A stretch of 32,000 bases of DNA from Thermodesulfobacteriota bacterium. Its GTDB lineage: Bacteria > Desulfobacterota > WTBG01 > JAGOGO01. The stretch covers positions 1,245,622 through 1,277,621 of the forward strand of contig CP113000.1 in the NCBI GenBank assembly GCA_026625185.1, written 5' to 3'. The translations under genes were made by a program, and so were the position numbers. This document shows positions 1 through 12,371 of the stretch, one piece after another; within the stretch, counting starts at the first letter, position 1, and every line of letters starts with the position of its first letter. The notes beneath the pieces are model-generated. The model was not told the DNA's origin and searched no databases. It was given only the letters and a program-made list of their open reading frames with translations.

Positions 1-233
1 TTCGAAATATGAAAAATGCTCATACCATCCTGGAGTGTTGCCTTGAGATTCACACCCAGGAAAACGAAGGCGACCGCTTGATGCAACAGGCTATCGGCAA
101 GCTGTTTGTTGAAGCAGGTGATGCCAAGGAAATAATCAAATGGAAGGACATTTATCAAATCCTGGAAAGCGCCACTGACCGTTGTGAAGATGTGGCTGAT
201 GTGCTCCATACCATCATTGTCAAGCATGCCTGA
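1..233 (+). CDS. DUF47 / PhoU-like phosphate transport regulator, C-terminal part (5' end lies outside the window)
   Basis: Frame 3 is open to the window edge. The C-terminal helix IKWKDIYQILESATDRCEDVADVL is typical of TIGR00153/DUF47 proteins. It sits directly upstream of a PiT transporter, which is the canonical pairing. Confidence 0.7.
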   Translation, partial: RNMKNAHTILECCLEIHTQENEGDRLMQQAIGKLFVEAGDAKEIIKWKDIYQILESATDRCEDVADVLHTIIVKHA

Positions 234-287
234 GCGATTGTAAACTTATTCAGGTCAATTTTTTTCCTCATTCATACTCCATAACAT

Positions 288-1307
288 ATGATTACCTTGA
301 CGTTAGTGCTGATAATTATCTTCGCCCTGATCTACGACTTGGCTAATGGCTGGAATGATGCTGCGGGAGCAATCGCGACGGTTATCTCCACCCGGGTTTT
401 ATCACCTTTAAAGGCGATTATTTTTTGCTCGGCTCTGAATTTCTGCGGAGCCTTGTTTAGCAGTGAAGTGGCTAAGACGGTGGGTTCAGAAATCGCCTCG
501 CCGGAACAGTTGACGTTATCTACCTTCTTAGCCGCGGTCATGATGGCTCCGCTCTGGATCAATGTTTGCGCTCGGCGAGGTCTGCCCACCAGTTGTTCTC
601 ATGCTTTATTGGGGTCCCTGATCGGTTCAGTCATTGCCTCAGCAGGAGTTGATGCGCTTAAAGCTCATGGGATTCAAAAGATTTTCTTTGGGGTAATGAT
701 CTGCCCTCCGGCAGGGTTTATCCTCGGCCACGGTCTTGCACGACTGATCACGTGGGGATTTAAGAATGTTAATCCCAAGGCCGGCTCAGTTATTTTCGGC
801 AAACTCCAATTGGTTTCTGCCGGGGCCATGGCTTTTGCCCACGGCACGGGTGATGCCCAGAAGTCGATGGGCATTATTAGTGGTGCGTTAATGGTGAAGG
901 CGTTAAGTGAAAGTGTCCACACCGCTTCAGCGTCTGCTCAGTTTCAAGTTCCCTTTTGGGTGCGGATAGCCTGCGCGGTAACGATTGCCGTGGGAACGTC
1001 AGTGGGAGGATGGAAAATAATTCGTACCTTAGGTTCCCGTCTGGTACACTTGCGAAGGTACCAGGGGTTTGCTGCTGAGACCGCTGCTGCTGCCACCATC
1101 ATGGCGAATACCCTTGTTGGAATACCGATCAGCACAACCCACTCCATTACGGGCGCCATCTTGGGGGTTGGAGCCGCTCGAGGCGCCAAGATGGTTCGGT
1201 GGGGGGTTGGCAAAAAAATCGTCTATGCCTGGGTCGTAACGTTCCCGGTTTGTATTGTCGGCGGCGCTGTAATCCACAAGCTTCTTATGCTGAGCGGACT
1301 TCGTTAA
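288..1307 (+). CDS. pit: inorganic phosphate transporter, PiT family
   Basis: 339-aa polytopic membrane protein. It has an N-terminal GWNDAAGAIATVISTR motif and a C-terminal STTHSITGAILGVG motif, the duplicated PiT signatures. A DUF47 partner lies upstream. Confidence 0.88.
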   Translation: MITLTLVLIIIFALIYDLANGWNDAAGAIATVISTRVLSPLKAIIFCSALNFCGALFSSEVAKTVGSEIASPEQLTLSTFLAAVMMAPLWINVCARRGLPTSCSHALLGSLIGSVIASAGVDALKAHGIQKIFFGVMICPPAGFILGHGLARLITWGFKNVNPKAGSVIFGKLQLVSAGAMAFAHGTGDAQKSMGIISGALMVKALSESVHTASASAQFQVPFWVRIACAVTIAVGTSVGGWKIIRTLGSRLVHLRRYQGFAAETAAAATIMANTLVGIPISTTHSITGAILGVGAARGAKMVRWGVGKKIVYAWVVTFPVCIVGGAVIHKLLMLSGLR

Positions 1308-1369
1308 CTCGTTTATTCGCAAACATTCTCGTCTTTGGAATTAAATCTTCAGATTTCGTTGCTGGGCCC

Positions 1370-2758
1370 TCATTCGTTCTCAAGAGGTATCGTAAGGTAG
1401 TATCCGTGAAAACCCCTTTGAATAAGGAGAAGAACGGTATCTTGTTGGAAAATGCCGGCTACTGACTTTTGAAAATCAGGGAAAGAATTTATCGAGGTCT
1501 CATTTATCTGGAGAATACGGTCTCCCGGTTTAATTCCAAAGTTGTAAGCCCGGCTGCCTTCCCTTACCTTTATGATAGCGATTCCCTTTGGCTGGGCGTT
1601 TAGCTTCGGTTTGGTTGGCGGTGGCTCTCCTTTTTGGACTTGCAGGCCGAGGAGATTAAAAAAGTATTCTTCGGCTCGGGCAAGGGGAAATCTCTCTGCT
1701 TTAATTGGTAAGGTAATGGCTCTTCCTTTCCGGAAAAGGGTAAACGGGATGCTCTCATGGGAGGTGTACTGTCTTAAGATAGCAAAAAAATCACGTTTGG
1801 TTTTTACTTGCTCATTTTCAATTTTAATGATGATATCGGTTTTTTCTATGCCGCCTTTCTCTGCCGGACTTCCTGGTTCAGTCTCTTTCACTAACACACC
1901 CTCTTCTTCGGGGTAGCCAAGATAATGAGCCATCTCAGCCGAGAGGGTTTGAAGTTTTATCCCTACCCACGCGGGGTTCACTTCTCCATAAGTAATCAAC
2001 TCATTGACTGCCCGTTTTGCTTTATTGATCGGAATCGCAAATCCAATCCCTTGCGCTCCCTCACCGTAAATAGCGCTGTTAATACCAATCAGCTCTCCAT
2101 CGATATTAAGGAGAGGTCCTCCGCTGTTGCCGGGATTAATCGAAGCATCAGTCTGGATAAAATCAAGGTAGACATTTTCTCCCACCCGCAACGATCGCTT
2201 TTGTGCGCTTATCACCCCGGTGGTAACGGTGTTGGAAAGTCCAAAGGGATTGCCGATAGCGATTACTTTTTCACCGATCATGAGGCGGTCGGAATCCCCA
2301 ATTTTTATGGTAGGGAGGTCACGCTGAGCTTCGATTTTCAAGACCGCAAGATCAAGCTCCGGGGATGACCCGATCAGCTTAGCATTAAATATTTCTTCGT
2401 TGATCAGGATGACCTTTATCTGGGAAGCTTTTTCCACCACGTGCCAGTTGGTTAAAATGAAACCTCTCTTTTCAAAAATAACCCCGGAGCCCAGGCTTTT
2501 CTGGGTATATTTTTTCTCATACCGTGGTTCAAAAAAATCCTTAAAAAATTTATCAAAGTAAGGATCATTGAAAAAGGGGGATAAAGGACTTACTGTGCGT
2601 TCTACTATCTGCTCAGTGCTGATATTAACGACTGCCGGGCTGGTTTCTCTCACCGCTTTTACCACCGCATCTTCTCTTAAAGAGGATGCGTGGGTGGCAG
2701 GGAAGGGATAAAAAAATAAAAATAGAAAAAGCAAAACTATGATGTCCATTTTTTTCAT
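1370..2758 (-). CDS. htrA: periplasmic serine endoprotease, HtrA/DegP/DegQ family (trypsin-like domain plus PDZ region)
   Basis: Signal peptide MKKMDIIVLLFLFLFFYPFPATHA. Catalytic triad contexts are TNWHVV (His), DLAVLKI (Asp) and GNSGGPLLN (Ser). The long C-terminal region is consistent with PDZ domains. Confidence 0.9.
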   Translation of the reverse strand: MKKMDIIVLLFLFLFFYPFPATHASSLREDAVVKAVRETSPAVVNISTEQIVERTVSPLSPFFNDPYFDKFFKDFFEPRYEKKYTQKSLGSGVIFEKRGFILTNWHVVEKASQIKVILINEEIFNAKLIGSSPELDLAVLKIEAQRDLPTIKIGDSDRLMIGEKVIAIGNPFGLSNTVTTGVISAQKRSLRVGENVYLDFIQTDASINPGNSGGPLLNIDGELIGINSAIYGEGAQGIGFAIPINKAKRAVNELITYGEVNPAWVGIKLQTLSAEMAHYLGYPEEEGVLVKETEPGSPAEKGGIEKTDIIIKIENEQVKTKRDFFAILRQYTSHESIPFTLFRKGRAITLPIKAERFPLARAEEYFFNLLGLQVQKGEPPPTKPKLNAQPKGIAIIKVREGSRAYNFGIKPGDRILQINETSINSFPDFQKSVAGIFQQDTVLLLIQRGFHGYYLTIPLENE

Positions 2759-2887
2759 AAAAAAACTCCTGAGAGATACAAATTATTATCATAACAATCT
2801 ACCGGGGTTTTTCCTCAAGGGGTAAGTTGATTGTGTGAGTAAGGACCTCAAAAAAACAAAATGAAAGGCCTAAGGATGCAATGCGCT

Positions 2888-3907
2888 TCAACGCCTGCCG
2901 GGAGATGGTGGAGAAGGTGCCTCCGTTTTTTCCTGAGGTTTTTTCTCTCCGGATTCGGTTTTTGTTTTTTGTAGGTCTTTGATCTTTGGCACTAAACTCT
3001 CAACCGTGTTGAGGTCAAGGAGGAAGAGATATTTTTTCTCATCGTTTTTAGCGTAGTATTGGCCTTTCTCCTTTTTATTGCCGATCATGAGAGTATTTTT
3101 TCGGTTATCTTTTAATTTCACCGTTATTTGGTAGGTGGGATCATCTAACCCGCTGTCTTTGATTTCTTTTTCTTCATCAGCAAGGTCAGCAGCCTTGAGA
3201 CTCCCAAGGGTAGTTAAAATTTTTTCTATTGCCGGATTTTCCGCGAGGCTCGAAATAGGTTCCTCAAGCTGCCAGTTTCCCTGAGTATCTTTGAGAAGTA
3301 CAATAGTCTCTTTTTCTTTTACTTTGCTGATGGTTAATGTTGCCACCTCATTGGGGTTAAATGCTAGGATAGTTTTGTCACGCCAGTTATTTTTCTGTTT
3401 ATCAAAATCAGCCCTTAAATAATCATCATAGAGGTAGACATCATCTGCGTCCGCTTTCCGGATATAGGTGCTTAAAAAGTCAGGTCCGTTCTTTCCCATG
3501 AGAAAGCGGGCAAGTTCCTTTTTCTCGGATCCGTAAAGTGAGACCTCAATTCCTATTCCCTCTTTTACCTCGAACAAGGAGTGTTTATCTTTTTTCCGGG
3601 AAGCGAGGTTGATTTTTTTAAAATCCTTAATTTTTTTAAGGACTCCCTCAATGATAGTCGGATCAGCCGGATAATCCTCTTTATCTAAAAGGTACCAGAG
3701 ATGGTCCCGTTTTTCTAAGGTTGTTGTGGTATTTCCTTTTTTCACCACAATTTTTTTAACCTGTTCAATCTTAAGACCAGGGAAAAGAGGTGAGGCTTTT
3801 CCCCGGGTTTTTTTCGCCTTATTTTCGAACGGGTTCTCAAACAGGAGGATTACCGACGCAAAAACAATTAAGGCAATAAGGAGAATAAGGTTATGCTTTA
3901 ATTTCAC
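2888..3907 (-). CDS. DUF4340 domain protein (last gene of the GldG-type ABC operon)
   Basis: 339 aa with an N-terminal membrane anchor (LILLIALIVFASVILL). It lies 7 nt downstream of the GldG-like gene, the usual position of DUF4340 proteins. The family call comes from synteny and general sequence character, not from a strict motif. Confidence 0.6.
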   Translation of the reverse strand: MKLKHNLILLIALIVFASVILLFENPFENKAKKTRGKASPLFPGLKIEQVKKIVVKKGNTTTTLEKRDHLWYLLDKEDYPADPTIIEGVLKKIKDFKKINLASRKKDKHSLFEVKEGIGIEVSLYGSEKKELARFLMGKNGPDFLSTYIRKADADDVYLYDDYLRADFDKQKNNWRDKTILAFNPNEVATLTISKVKEKETIVLLKDTQGNWQLEEPISSLAENPAIEKILTTLGSLKAADLADEEKEIKDSGLDDPTYQITVKLKDNRKNTLMIGNKKEKGQYYAKNDEKKYLFLLDLNTVESLVPKIKDLQKTKTESGEKKPQEKTEAPSPPSPGRR

Positions 3908-3914
3908 GGCAATA

Positions 3915-5534
3915 TCATTTTAGAGTTTCAAGGGTTATTTTTTTCTTTTTTCTGATATAGAACCGGATAATTCCGAATAAGGCTAATAAAAGGGGAATGC
4001 CTCCGAGGTTGACGAATTTAATGGCGGTTTTTTGTTGTTCCGAAAGAAAAGGCAAGGTCCGATCAAGGACCATCCGCGATCGGATCCCGATTAAATCTTT
4101 ACCCCAGGTAAACCAGTCAACCGCATTTAAGAAAAATTCTATATTCCCCGGGCTCTCGACATATTCATCATTAATAAAACGCGCATTGGCTGCCACCAGA
4201 ATCTGATTTCCTTTCTCACACTGTTTTATGGTCTCTTGATTTTCCTCGGGAGTTTTCTCTTCCTCAGCTGATTTTTTTACCGGCGGAACTTCTTTGTCGG
4301 CAAAAAAGCTTTTAAATTTTCCGCTCACCAACATCGCTAAAGGATAGGGCTTAATACCTTCAGGTTGAGGCATAAACTCCTGGAGCGGGTTCAGATCATA
4401 CCTTCCTTTTTGCAGCCAGCTATATTTGGAGGACTGGGCCAGGATCGTGAACCGTAAGTCTTGGTGACTCTCTTTTAAAGGTTCGAGAGCACTTACCCAG
4501 GGGAAAACCATGGAACTGAACTGATTGACAATAGGGTTATCGGGGTCGAACCCATTTTCCTCTTTTACCACTTTGACATAAAATGGATAGGGAGCCCGGA
4601 GGACGGTATACCCGGTTTGGAAGGTGATGAGTATATTGTATCGGTCCAAAACCAAATTTTTCGTTATTCTCACCCCATAATTTTCCAGCATATCAAGGAG
4701 ATTGGTCTCCCGATAGGACGCCTGAACTGCCCCCTCGGGGGGGATAGTCACAATGTCAATGAGGAAAACTACTTTTCCTCCTTTCATGATGTACTGATCA
4801 ATTGCGTATTTATCCCGGTCAGTAAGACGGGTTGGGCCGGCTACAACCAGGACATTAATATGATTTGGAACCGGCTGACCCGAGGACAGGTTCAGTTCCT
4901 CCACCTCATACTCACGGGTAAGGGCTTTATGAACAGTTTGGTAATCACCGGAAATAGTATGCTCTTCGTGCCCGGTTAAAAAGCCGACGGTCTTCTTCTC
5001 TTTGCGGGTGACCTTTAAAATGGAGCTGGTGATTTCATATTCAAGGTTATTAACATCTTTTACAAAAGGAATGACCTCCTGTTTGTCTTCGTAATTGACC
5101 GCAACGCCCATATAGACATTGGTGGTCGAGGCCTGATCTTTTTCCATGATATTTAGCTGCACCCGGGGAATACCCATAAATCTCAGCTTTTGCGCTAAGG
5201 CGGGGTCATCTGTCGGGTCAAGAAATTCTATCAGGATGTTGCCCTTCGCGTAAGCCCGGTATTCATCGAGGATATCACTTACCTCCTGTTTCAGGGGCAC
5301 CACATAGGAAGGAAGATTTTTAGAAAAATAGCAGGTAACTTTGACAATATCATCTAAGCTGGAAGCTACGTTTATACTGGCATCCGATAAAGTGTAAAGT
5401 TTATTTTGGGTTAAATCAAGACGGCCAAAATGCCGCATGGCAAGAAAGTTAATGAGCACCAGAAACCCCACAATGATCAGAACAAAGAGAAGGAGGTTCG
5501 TAGAGGAGCTTATTTTTCGGGATAACGATGCCAT
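3915..5534 (-). CDS. GldG-family ABC-transport auxiliary protein
   Basis: Large extracytoplasmic protein with an N-terminal TM (LLLFVLIIVGFLVLINFLA) and a C-terminal TM (IPLLLALFGIIRFYI), between an ABC-2 permease and DUF4340. I place the start at ATG 5534 (MASLSRK...), 4 nt after the upstream stop. The track start at 5603 would overlap the permease gene by 65 nt. Confidence 0.75.
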   Translation of the reverse strand: MASLSRKISSSTNLLLFVLIIVGFLVLINFLAMRHFGRLDLTQNKLYTLSDASINVASSLDDIVKVTCYFSKNLPSYVVPLKQEVSDILDEYRAYAKGNILIEFLDPTDDPALAQKLRFMGIPRVQLNIMEKDQASTTNVYMGVAVNYEDKQEVIPFVKDVNNLEYEITSSILKVTRKEKKTVGFLTGHEEHTISGDYQTVHKALTREYEVEELNLSSGQPVPNHINVLVVAGPTRLTDRDKYAIDQYIMKGGKVVFLIDIVTIPPEGAVQASYRETNLLDMLENYGVRITKNLVLDRYNILITFQTGYTVLRAPYPFYVKVVKEENGFDPDNPIVNQFSSMVFPWVSALEPLKESHQDLRFTILAQSSKYSWLQKGRYDLNPLQEFMPQPEGIKPYPLAMLVSGKFKSFFADKEVPPVKKSAEEEKTPEENQETIKQCEKGNQILVAANARFINDEYVESPGNIEFFLNAVDWFTWGKDLIGIRSRMVLDRTLPFLSEQQKTAIKFVNLGGIPLLLALFGIIRFYIRKKKKITLETLK

Positions 5535-5538
5535 CTTC

Positions 5539-6252
5539 TTACCACTTTCTACTTTCGATAGATTGGGTGTTAAGAAACAAAAAAAATCCGATGACGGATA
5601 CATAATAGATCAAATCCCGACTATCAATTACCCCCCGTTGAAGGGAAACAAAATGCTTGCCTAATCCTAAAAAAGAAAATGTGGGTGCTAAGGAATTAGG
5701 AAGCGTAGCCAGGACAATATCTTCCCCAATAATAAATAAAGCGAAAGATAAAAGCGCAGCGATGATAAAAGCGACGATCTGGTTTTCTGCGAGGTTGGAG
5801 ACAAAAAGGCCGATTGCCAGATAAGCACCCCCGAGAAAACATGCTCCTACATAACCGCCAATAATGGGGCCAAAGTCAACATCGCCTAAAAAAAACAGGG
5901 TAAGGGGAAGGGAGAAGCTTAAGGCCAGGGCAATCATTACAAAAGAGAAACTGGCCAGAAATTTTCCCAGCACTACCTCATAATTTTTTACCGGCAAGGT
6001 CATCAACACTTCGATGGTCCCGATCTTCTTTTCCTCTGCCCACAGCCTCATGGTGACGGCGGGAATAAAGACAAGAAAGATCCAGGGAATAAAAAAGAAA
6101 TAATCCCGCATGGAAATCTGTCCCACAATAAAAAAACTTCGGAAAAATAGCCAGTTAGAAAACGCCAGAAAAGCAATGATAAAAATATAAGCGATCGGAG
6201 AATCAAAAAAAATGCGGAGCTCTTTTCGGAAAATGATCAGCGTGTTACGCAT
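5539..6252 (-). CDS. ABC-2 type transporter permease (GldF-like)
   Basis: 237-aa protein with about 6 TM segments, 4 nt downstream of the ATPase gene. The arrangement is typical of ABC-2 family operons. Confidence 0.8.
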   Translation of the reverse strand: MRNTLIIFRKELRIFFDSPIAYIFIIAFLAFSNWLFFRSFFIVGQISMRDYFFFIPWIFLVFIPAVTMRLWAEEKKIGTIEVLMTLPVKNYEVVLGKFLASFSFVMIALALSFSLPLTLFFLGDVDFGPIIGGYVGACFLGGAYLAIGLFVSNLAENQIVAFIIAALLSFALFIIGEDIVLATLPNSLAPTFSFLGLGKHFVSLQRGVIDSRDLIYYVSVIGFFLFLNTQSIESRKW

Positions 6253-6256
6253 TGAC

Positions 6257-7195
6257 TTAACTTTCTTTTAACGTAAGTTGTTGAAAAACATCCTCGAGAC
6301 TCAGCGCCTCCTGATGGAGTTCAGAGAGCACCCACCCATTCTCAGCTACCATTCGAAAAAGATCTTCGTTTATGGTCTCCTCTCCGTTGCTTATTATCTC
6401 AAAGCGACTCCGGTCATTTCCTTCGGTTTTTTGCACAGTAAAATTTTTTATTTTTTTAAAGGCGTTAAGCCGGTCTTTTATTTGCTCAACCGGCCCTCGA
6501 ACAACCATGGTTACCACCCCTCCGCCTCGAGCGCGACCGGACATCTCTTCAGGATTGCCACTGGCCACAATCCGGCCACGGTTCATGATGATGATTTTTT
6601 TACAGGTCGCTGATACTTCAGGCAAAATATGGGAACTGAGGATAACCGTTTTTTCTGCCCCCAGCCGTTTAATTAACTCTCGAATCTCAACGATTTGGTT
6701 TGGGTCCAAACCAACAGTCGGTTCATCAAGGATAAGAACCTCGGGGTTATGAATCATGGCCTGTGCCAAACCTACCCGCTGGCGAAACCCCTTGGAAAGC
6801 TCATCAATCTTTTTATTGAGCACCGGCTCCAACCCACAAACCTCAACCATTTTCTTGATCTGAGGATTAATTTTTTTCCGGGGGATATGCCGGATTTGAG
6901 CAATGAACTTTAGGTAGTCCACTACCCCCATCTCCGTATAGAGAGGGTTATTTTCGGGTAGATAACCGATGGAACGGCGGACTTCCAGAGACTGCGTAAA
7001 AACATTTTTACCCGCGATCGTGGCTGTTCCGGAATCCGCGGCAAGGTAACAGGTCAGGATTCGCATGGTAGTGGTTTTACCGGCTCCGTTTGGTCCCAGA
7101 AGTCCTACGATTTCTCCCTTGTTTACGGTAAAGGAGATGGTATCGACCGCAAGGGTAGCCCCAAAACGTTTGGTTAGGTTTTCTGCCTCAATCAT
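6257..7195 (-). CDS. ABC transporter ATP-binding protein (GldA-like)
   Basis: Walker A GPNGAGKTT, ABC signature LSKGFRQR, Walker B VLILDEP, H-loop SSHIL. Confidence 0.92.
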   Translation of the reverse strand: MIEAENLTKRFGATLAVDTISFTVNKGEIVGLLGPNGAGKTTTMRILTCYLAADSGTATIAGKNVFTQSLEVRRSIGYLPENNPLYTEMGVVDYLKFIAQIRHIPRKKINPQIKKMVEVCGLEPVLNKKIDELSKGFRQRVGLAQAMIHNPEVLILDEPTVGLDPNQIVEIRELIKRLGAEKTVILSSHILPEVSATCKKIIIMNRGRIVASGNPEEMSGRARGGGVVTMVVRGPVEQIKDRLNAFKKIKNFTVQKTEGNDRSRFEIISNGEETINEDLFRMVAENGWVLSELHQEALSLEDVFQQLTLKES

Positions 7196-7381
7196 AGATT
7201 TTTCTGAGCGAAATTTTTCCTAAAATTCTGACCGCTATGGTTTGGTATTTGAAGACAAGCAAAGTTTTTAAAAGTTCGCACGATGGCTGAAAATGTTTTT
7301 AAGCTTAAAAGCTTAAATAATTCTAAAAGGTCTTATTTTAAAAAATAAAAAAAAATTGTCAAGACAATATGTTTTCCGGGA

Positions 7382-7410
7382 TAGACAGAAACCGGTTAAC
7401 GTGATAATAT
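7382..7410 (+). promoter_or_regulatory. candidate sigma70-type promoter for the aroB'-gap-pgk-tpiA operon
   Basis: TAGACA (7382-7387), a 17-nt spacer, then TAATAT (7405-7410) preceded by TGA (extended -10 like). It lies in a 350-bp AT-rich divergent intergenic region, about 130 nt upstream of the GTG start. Confidence 0.35.
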
Positions 7411-7546
7411 GATTTATTTTAAAGAAACTGATATTATAACTGGTTGCATCAAAACAGAAAATACGATATTTTTTATATTTGTTTTTCAGTCAAGCAGGAG
7501 AAAGGCGACTACTTTTGTAAGAGCTTTAAATGTAGGAGAAAATCTA

Positions 7547-9600
<2,054 letters not shown>

Positions 9601-9621
9601 TGGGGTTTAGGAGGGATTATA

Positions 9622-10821
9622 ATGGCCATAAAGTATATAAAATATATTGACAAAATAAACTTGAAGGGTAAAAGGGTTCTGATTCGAGTGGACTTGAATG
9701 TGCCCCTCGATAAAAACAAGAATATTACCGATGGTAATCGGATTCAGAGCGTCTTACCCACGATTAACTACTCCATAAAACAAGATGCTAAAATCATCCT
9801 CATGTCTCATTTAGGTCGTCCCAAGGGCAAGCCAGATACTGAATTTAGCCTTTTACCGGTGGCCAAATACCTTTGTGAGGTCTTGCAGAAAAAAGTCATC
9901 CTGGCGCCGGATTGTATTGGTCAGGAGGTGGAAAAGCTTGTTTCTGAGATGCAGCCACGCGATATCCTCCTCTTAGAAAACTTAAGATTCCACCCGGAAG
10001 AGGAAAAAAACGACCGGGAGTTTGGCCGCAAACTGGCAAACCTTGCCGATGTTTATATTAATGACGCTTTTGGCACTGCCCACCGTGCCCATGCCTCAAA
10101 TGTAGCAGTGGTCGAATTTTTCAAGGAGTTTGGGGGTGGGTTTCTGATGAAAAACGAGATCGAATATTTTCGAAAAGCAATGGTTGAACCTGCGCGTCCC
10201 CTGGTTGCTATCATGGGGGGGGCAAAGGTATCTGAAAAACTTGATGCCTTGGAAAACTTGATCCAGAAAGTGGATAAAATTTTCATCGGTGGGGGGATGG
10301 CTTATACCTTTCTTAAGGCCCTGGGATATGACGTAGGAAAATCTCTGGTTGAAGGGGATTTGATTGAAACCGCAAAAATGATTATGGCAAAAGCGAAAGA
10401 ACGAAAGGTAGCACTCCTTCTTCCGGTTGATTGTGTTGCCGCCGATCAGCTTGATTCCCGCGCGTCTACAAAAATCACCTCGATTCAGGAGATCCCTCCG
10501 GGATGGATGGGTCTGGATATCGGCCCGGCAACGCGAGTACTTTTTGCCGAATCGCTTGCAGAGGCCAAGACCATTGTCTGGAATGGTCCGATGGGGGTTT
10601 TTGAGATGGAACCGTTCAGCAAGGGAACGTTCGCAATGGTGGAGGCTCTCGCGGAATCATCCGCCCTCACGATTGTGGGTGGTGGTGATACTGATGTGGC
10701 GGTGCACAAATTGAATGCAGCGGACAAGATTTCATATATTTCTACGGGCGGGGGGGCTTTTATCGAGATACTGAAAGGCAAACCTCTTCCATCGATCTCG
10801 GTCTTGGAAAGAACGGGCTGA
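9622..10821 (+). CDS. pgk: phosphoglycerate kinase
   Basis: RVDLNVP, MSHLGRPKG, NDAFGTAHRAHAS, GGGDT motifs. RBS AGGAGG lies upstream. Confidence 0.97.
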   Translation: MAIKYIKYIDKINLKGKRVLIRVDLNVPLDKNKNITDGNRIQSVLPTINYSIKQDAKIILMSHLGRPKGKPDTEFSLLPVAKYLCEVLQKKVILAPDCIGQEVEKLVSEMQPRDILLLENLRFHPEEEKNDREFGRKLANLADVYINDAFGTAHRAHASNVAVVEFFKEFGGGFLMKNEIEYFRKAMVEPARPLVAIMGGAKVSEKLDALENLIQKVDKIFIGGGMAYTFLKALGYDVGKSLVEGDLIETAKMIMAKAKERKVALLLPVDCVAADQLDSRASTKITSIQEIPPGWMGLDIGPATRVLFAESLAEAKTIVWNGPMGVFEMEPFSKGTFAMVEALAESSALTIVGGGDTDVAVHKLNAADKISYISTGGGAFIEILKGKPLPSISVLERTG

Positions 10822-10935
10822 AACCAAAACCAGGCGGTACAAGGGCAGAAGCCAACATTCAGAGAAGATGTTTTTACCCCGTTAGAAACCCGGTTAAATA
10901 TCAAATACCTAAAAGGGAGAAGAAGCGGGGGTTAA

Positions 10936-11712
10936 ATGACGAAAGGAAAACAAAGCATGAACCGAGTCTCTTTGATTGCCGGGAACTGGAAAATGTACAA
11001 AACCGTTCCTGAGGCGGTAGCAACCGCTGCTCAACTTAAAGAAGCAGTAAAAGACATCTCCGGACGAGAGATTGTGATTGCCCCCCCGTTCATTTCTCTC
11101 CATCCGGTGTCCCAGGTTATTAAAGGCTCAAACATTAATCTTTGTTCTCAAGATGTGTTCTGGGAAGAGGAAGGCGCTTTTACCGGCCAAATTTCTCCGG
11201 GCATGCTTCTCAGCGCCGGGTGCACGTATACCCTTATCGGTCACTCGGAGCGAAGGCAGTATTTTGGCGAGACCAATGAGACGGTGAACAAGAAGACTAA
11301 AAAAAGCATCGATCAAGGCCTGAAGGTTATCGTTTGCATTGGAGAGGCCCTGGAAGAGCGTGAAGCCGGGAAAACTTTTTCCGTTCTGGAAATTCAAATT
11401 TCCGAAGGGCTAAAGGGATTAACTCCTGTTCATATGGACAGTGTAGTCATCGCTTATGAACCGGTCTGGGCGATTGGTACCGGTAAAACAGCAACGGCTG
11501 CGCAAGCAGAACAAGCTCACCAGTTTATAAGGGGTAAGCTTAAAGAACAATTTGATACCGGCGTAGCTGAAAAAATCCGCATCCTTTACGGCGGAAGCGT
11601 TAAGCCGGATAATATTGACCAGTTGATGGCGGAGAAAAATATTGACGGTGTTTTGGTGGGGGGAGCTTCGCTTAAGGTGGACTCTTTTTCCCGGATTGTG
11701 AAATTCACCTAA
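10936..11712 (+). CDS. tpiA: triose-phosphate isomerase
   Basis: IAGNWKMY, IGHSERR, AYEPVWAIGTG, YGGSV motifs. An alternative start at ATG 10957 (MNRVSLIAGNWKM) gives the more typical N-terminus. Confidence 0.95.
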   Translation: MTKGKQSMNRVSLIAGNWKMYKTVPEAVATAAQLKEAVKDISGREIVIAPPFISLHPVSQVIKGSNINLCSQDVFWEEEGAFTGQISPGMLLSAGCTYTLIGHSERRQYFGETNETVNKKTKKSIDQGLKVIVCIGEALEEREAGKTFSVLEIQISEGLKGLTPVHMDSVVIAYEPVWAIGTGKTATAAQAEQAHQFIRGKLKEQFDTGVAEKIRILYGGSVKPDNIDQLMAEKNIDGVLVGGASLKVDSFSRIVKFT

Positions 11713-11851
11713 GATATATATTATTTCAATGTGTTATCGGTTACCGGGAATGGACATTGAGTAAATAAAAAATTCTTGATAAAATTTTTAAAAAACAATA
11801 TTATCCCGAACTTGAAAACCTGACATTTGAAGATAAAATGGAGAAATAATC

Positions 11852-12214
11852 ATGAGTACTGTTCTTACTATCATTCATATAACCGTTTGCATTGCTTTAA
11901 TTTGCATCGTGCTTCTCCAAAGCGGTAAAGGTGCAAGCCTGGGGGCTGCCTTTGGGGGAGCAACTCAGACTGTCTTTGGGGCTTCCGGCGGAGCGGGTTT
12001 TTTTGAAAAGCTCACTACCGCCATAGCCGTTATTTTTATGGTTACTTCCGTTCTCCTGACCTATATCTCGGCAAAAAGAGGCGGAGAGACGATTATGAAA
12101 CCAAAGGCCGCGCAAGAAGAAAAAGCGGTCCCCAAAATTCCCCCGGCTCCAGGCACAGGAGCCGGGCAAAAAGCACCAAGCTCTATGCCGGCAACTCCTG
12201 CTCCTCAAAAATAA
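11852..12214 (+). CDS. secG: preprotein translocase subunit SecG
   Basis: LLQSGKGASLGAAFGG...FGASG motif between two TM helices. The conserved tpiA-secG synteny is present. It has a Pro/Ala-rich C-terminal tail. Confidence 0.9.
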   Translation: MSTVLTIIHITVCIALICIVLLQSGKGASLGAAFGGATQTVFGASGGAGFFEKLTTAIAVIFMVTSVLLTYISAKRGGETIMKPKAAQEEKAVPKIPPAPGTGAGQKAPSSMPATPAPQK

Positions 12215-12231
12215 GCAGGGTACCTTATAAT

Positions 12232-12314
<83 letters not shown>

Positions 12315-12371
12315 CATTCCTTCCTTTGAATTTCAATGTGTTACAACTCTTAAGGTGGTAAAAATCCTTTG

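Noticed and set aside
7409-7546. Track start ATG 7409 for the DHQ synthase II ORF
   Set aside because: No RBS is present. The added 46 residues are encoded by AT-rich promoter-like DNA and are absent from the family N-terminus as I recall it. GTG 7547 has AGGAG at optimal spacing.
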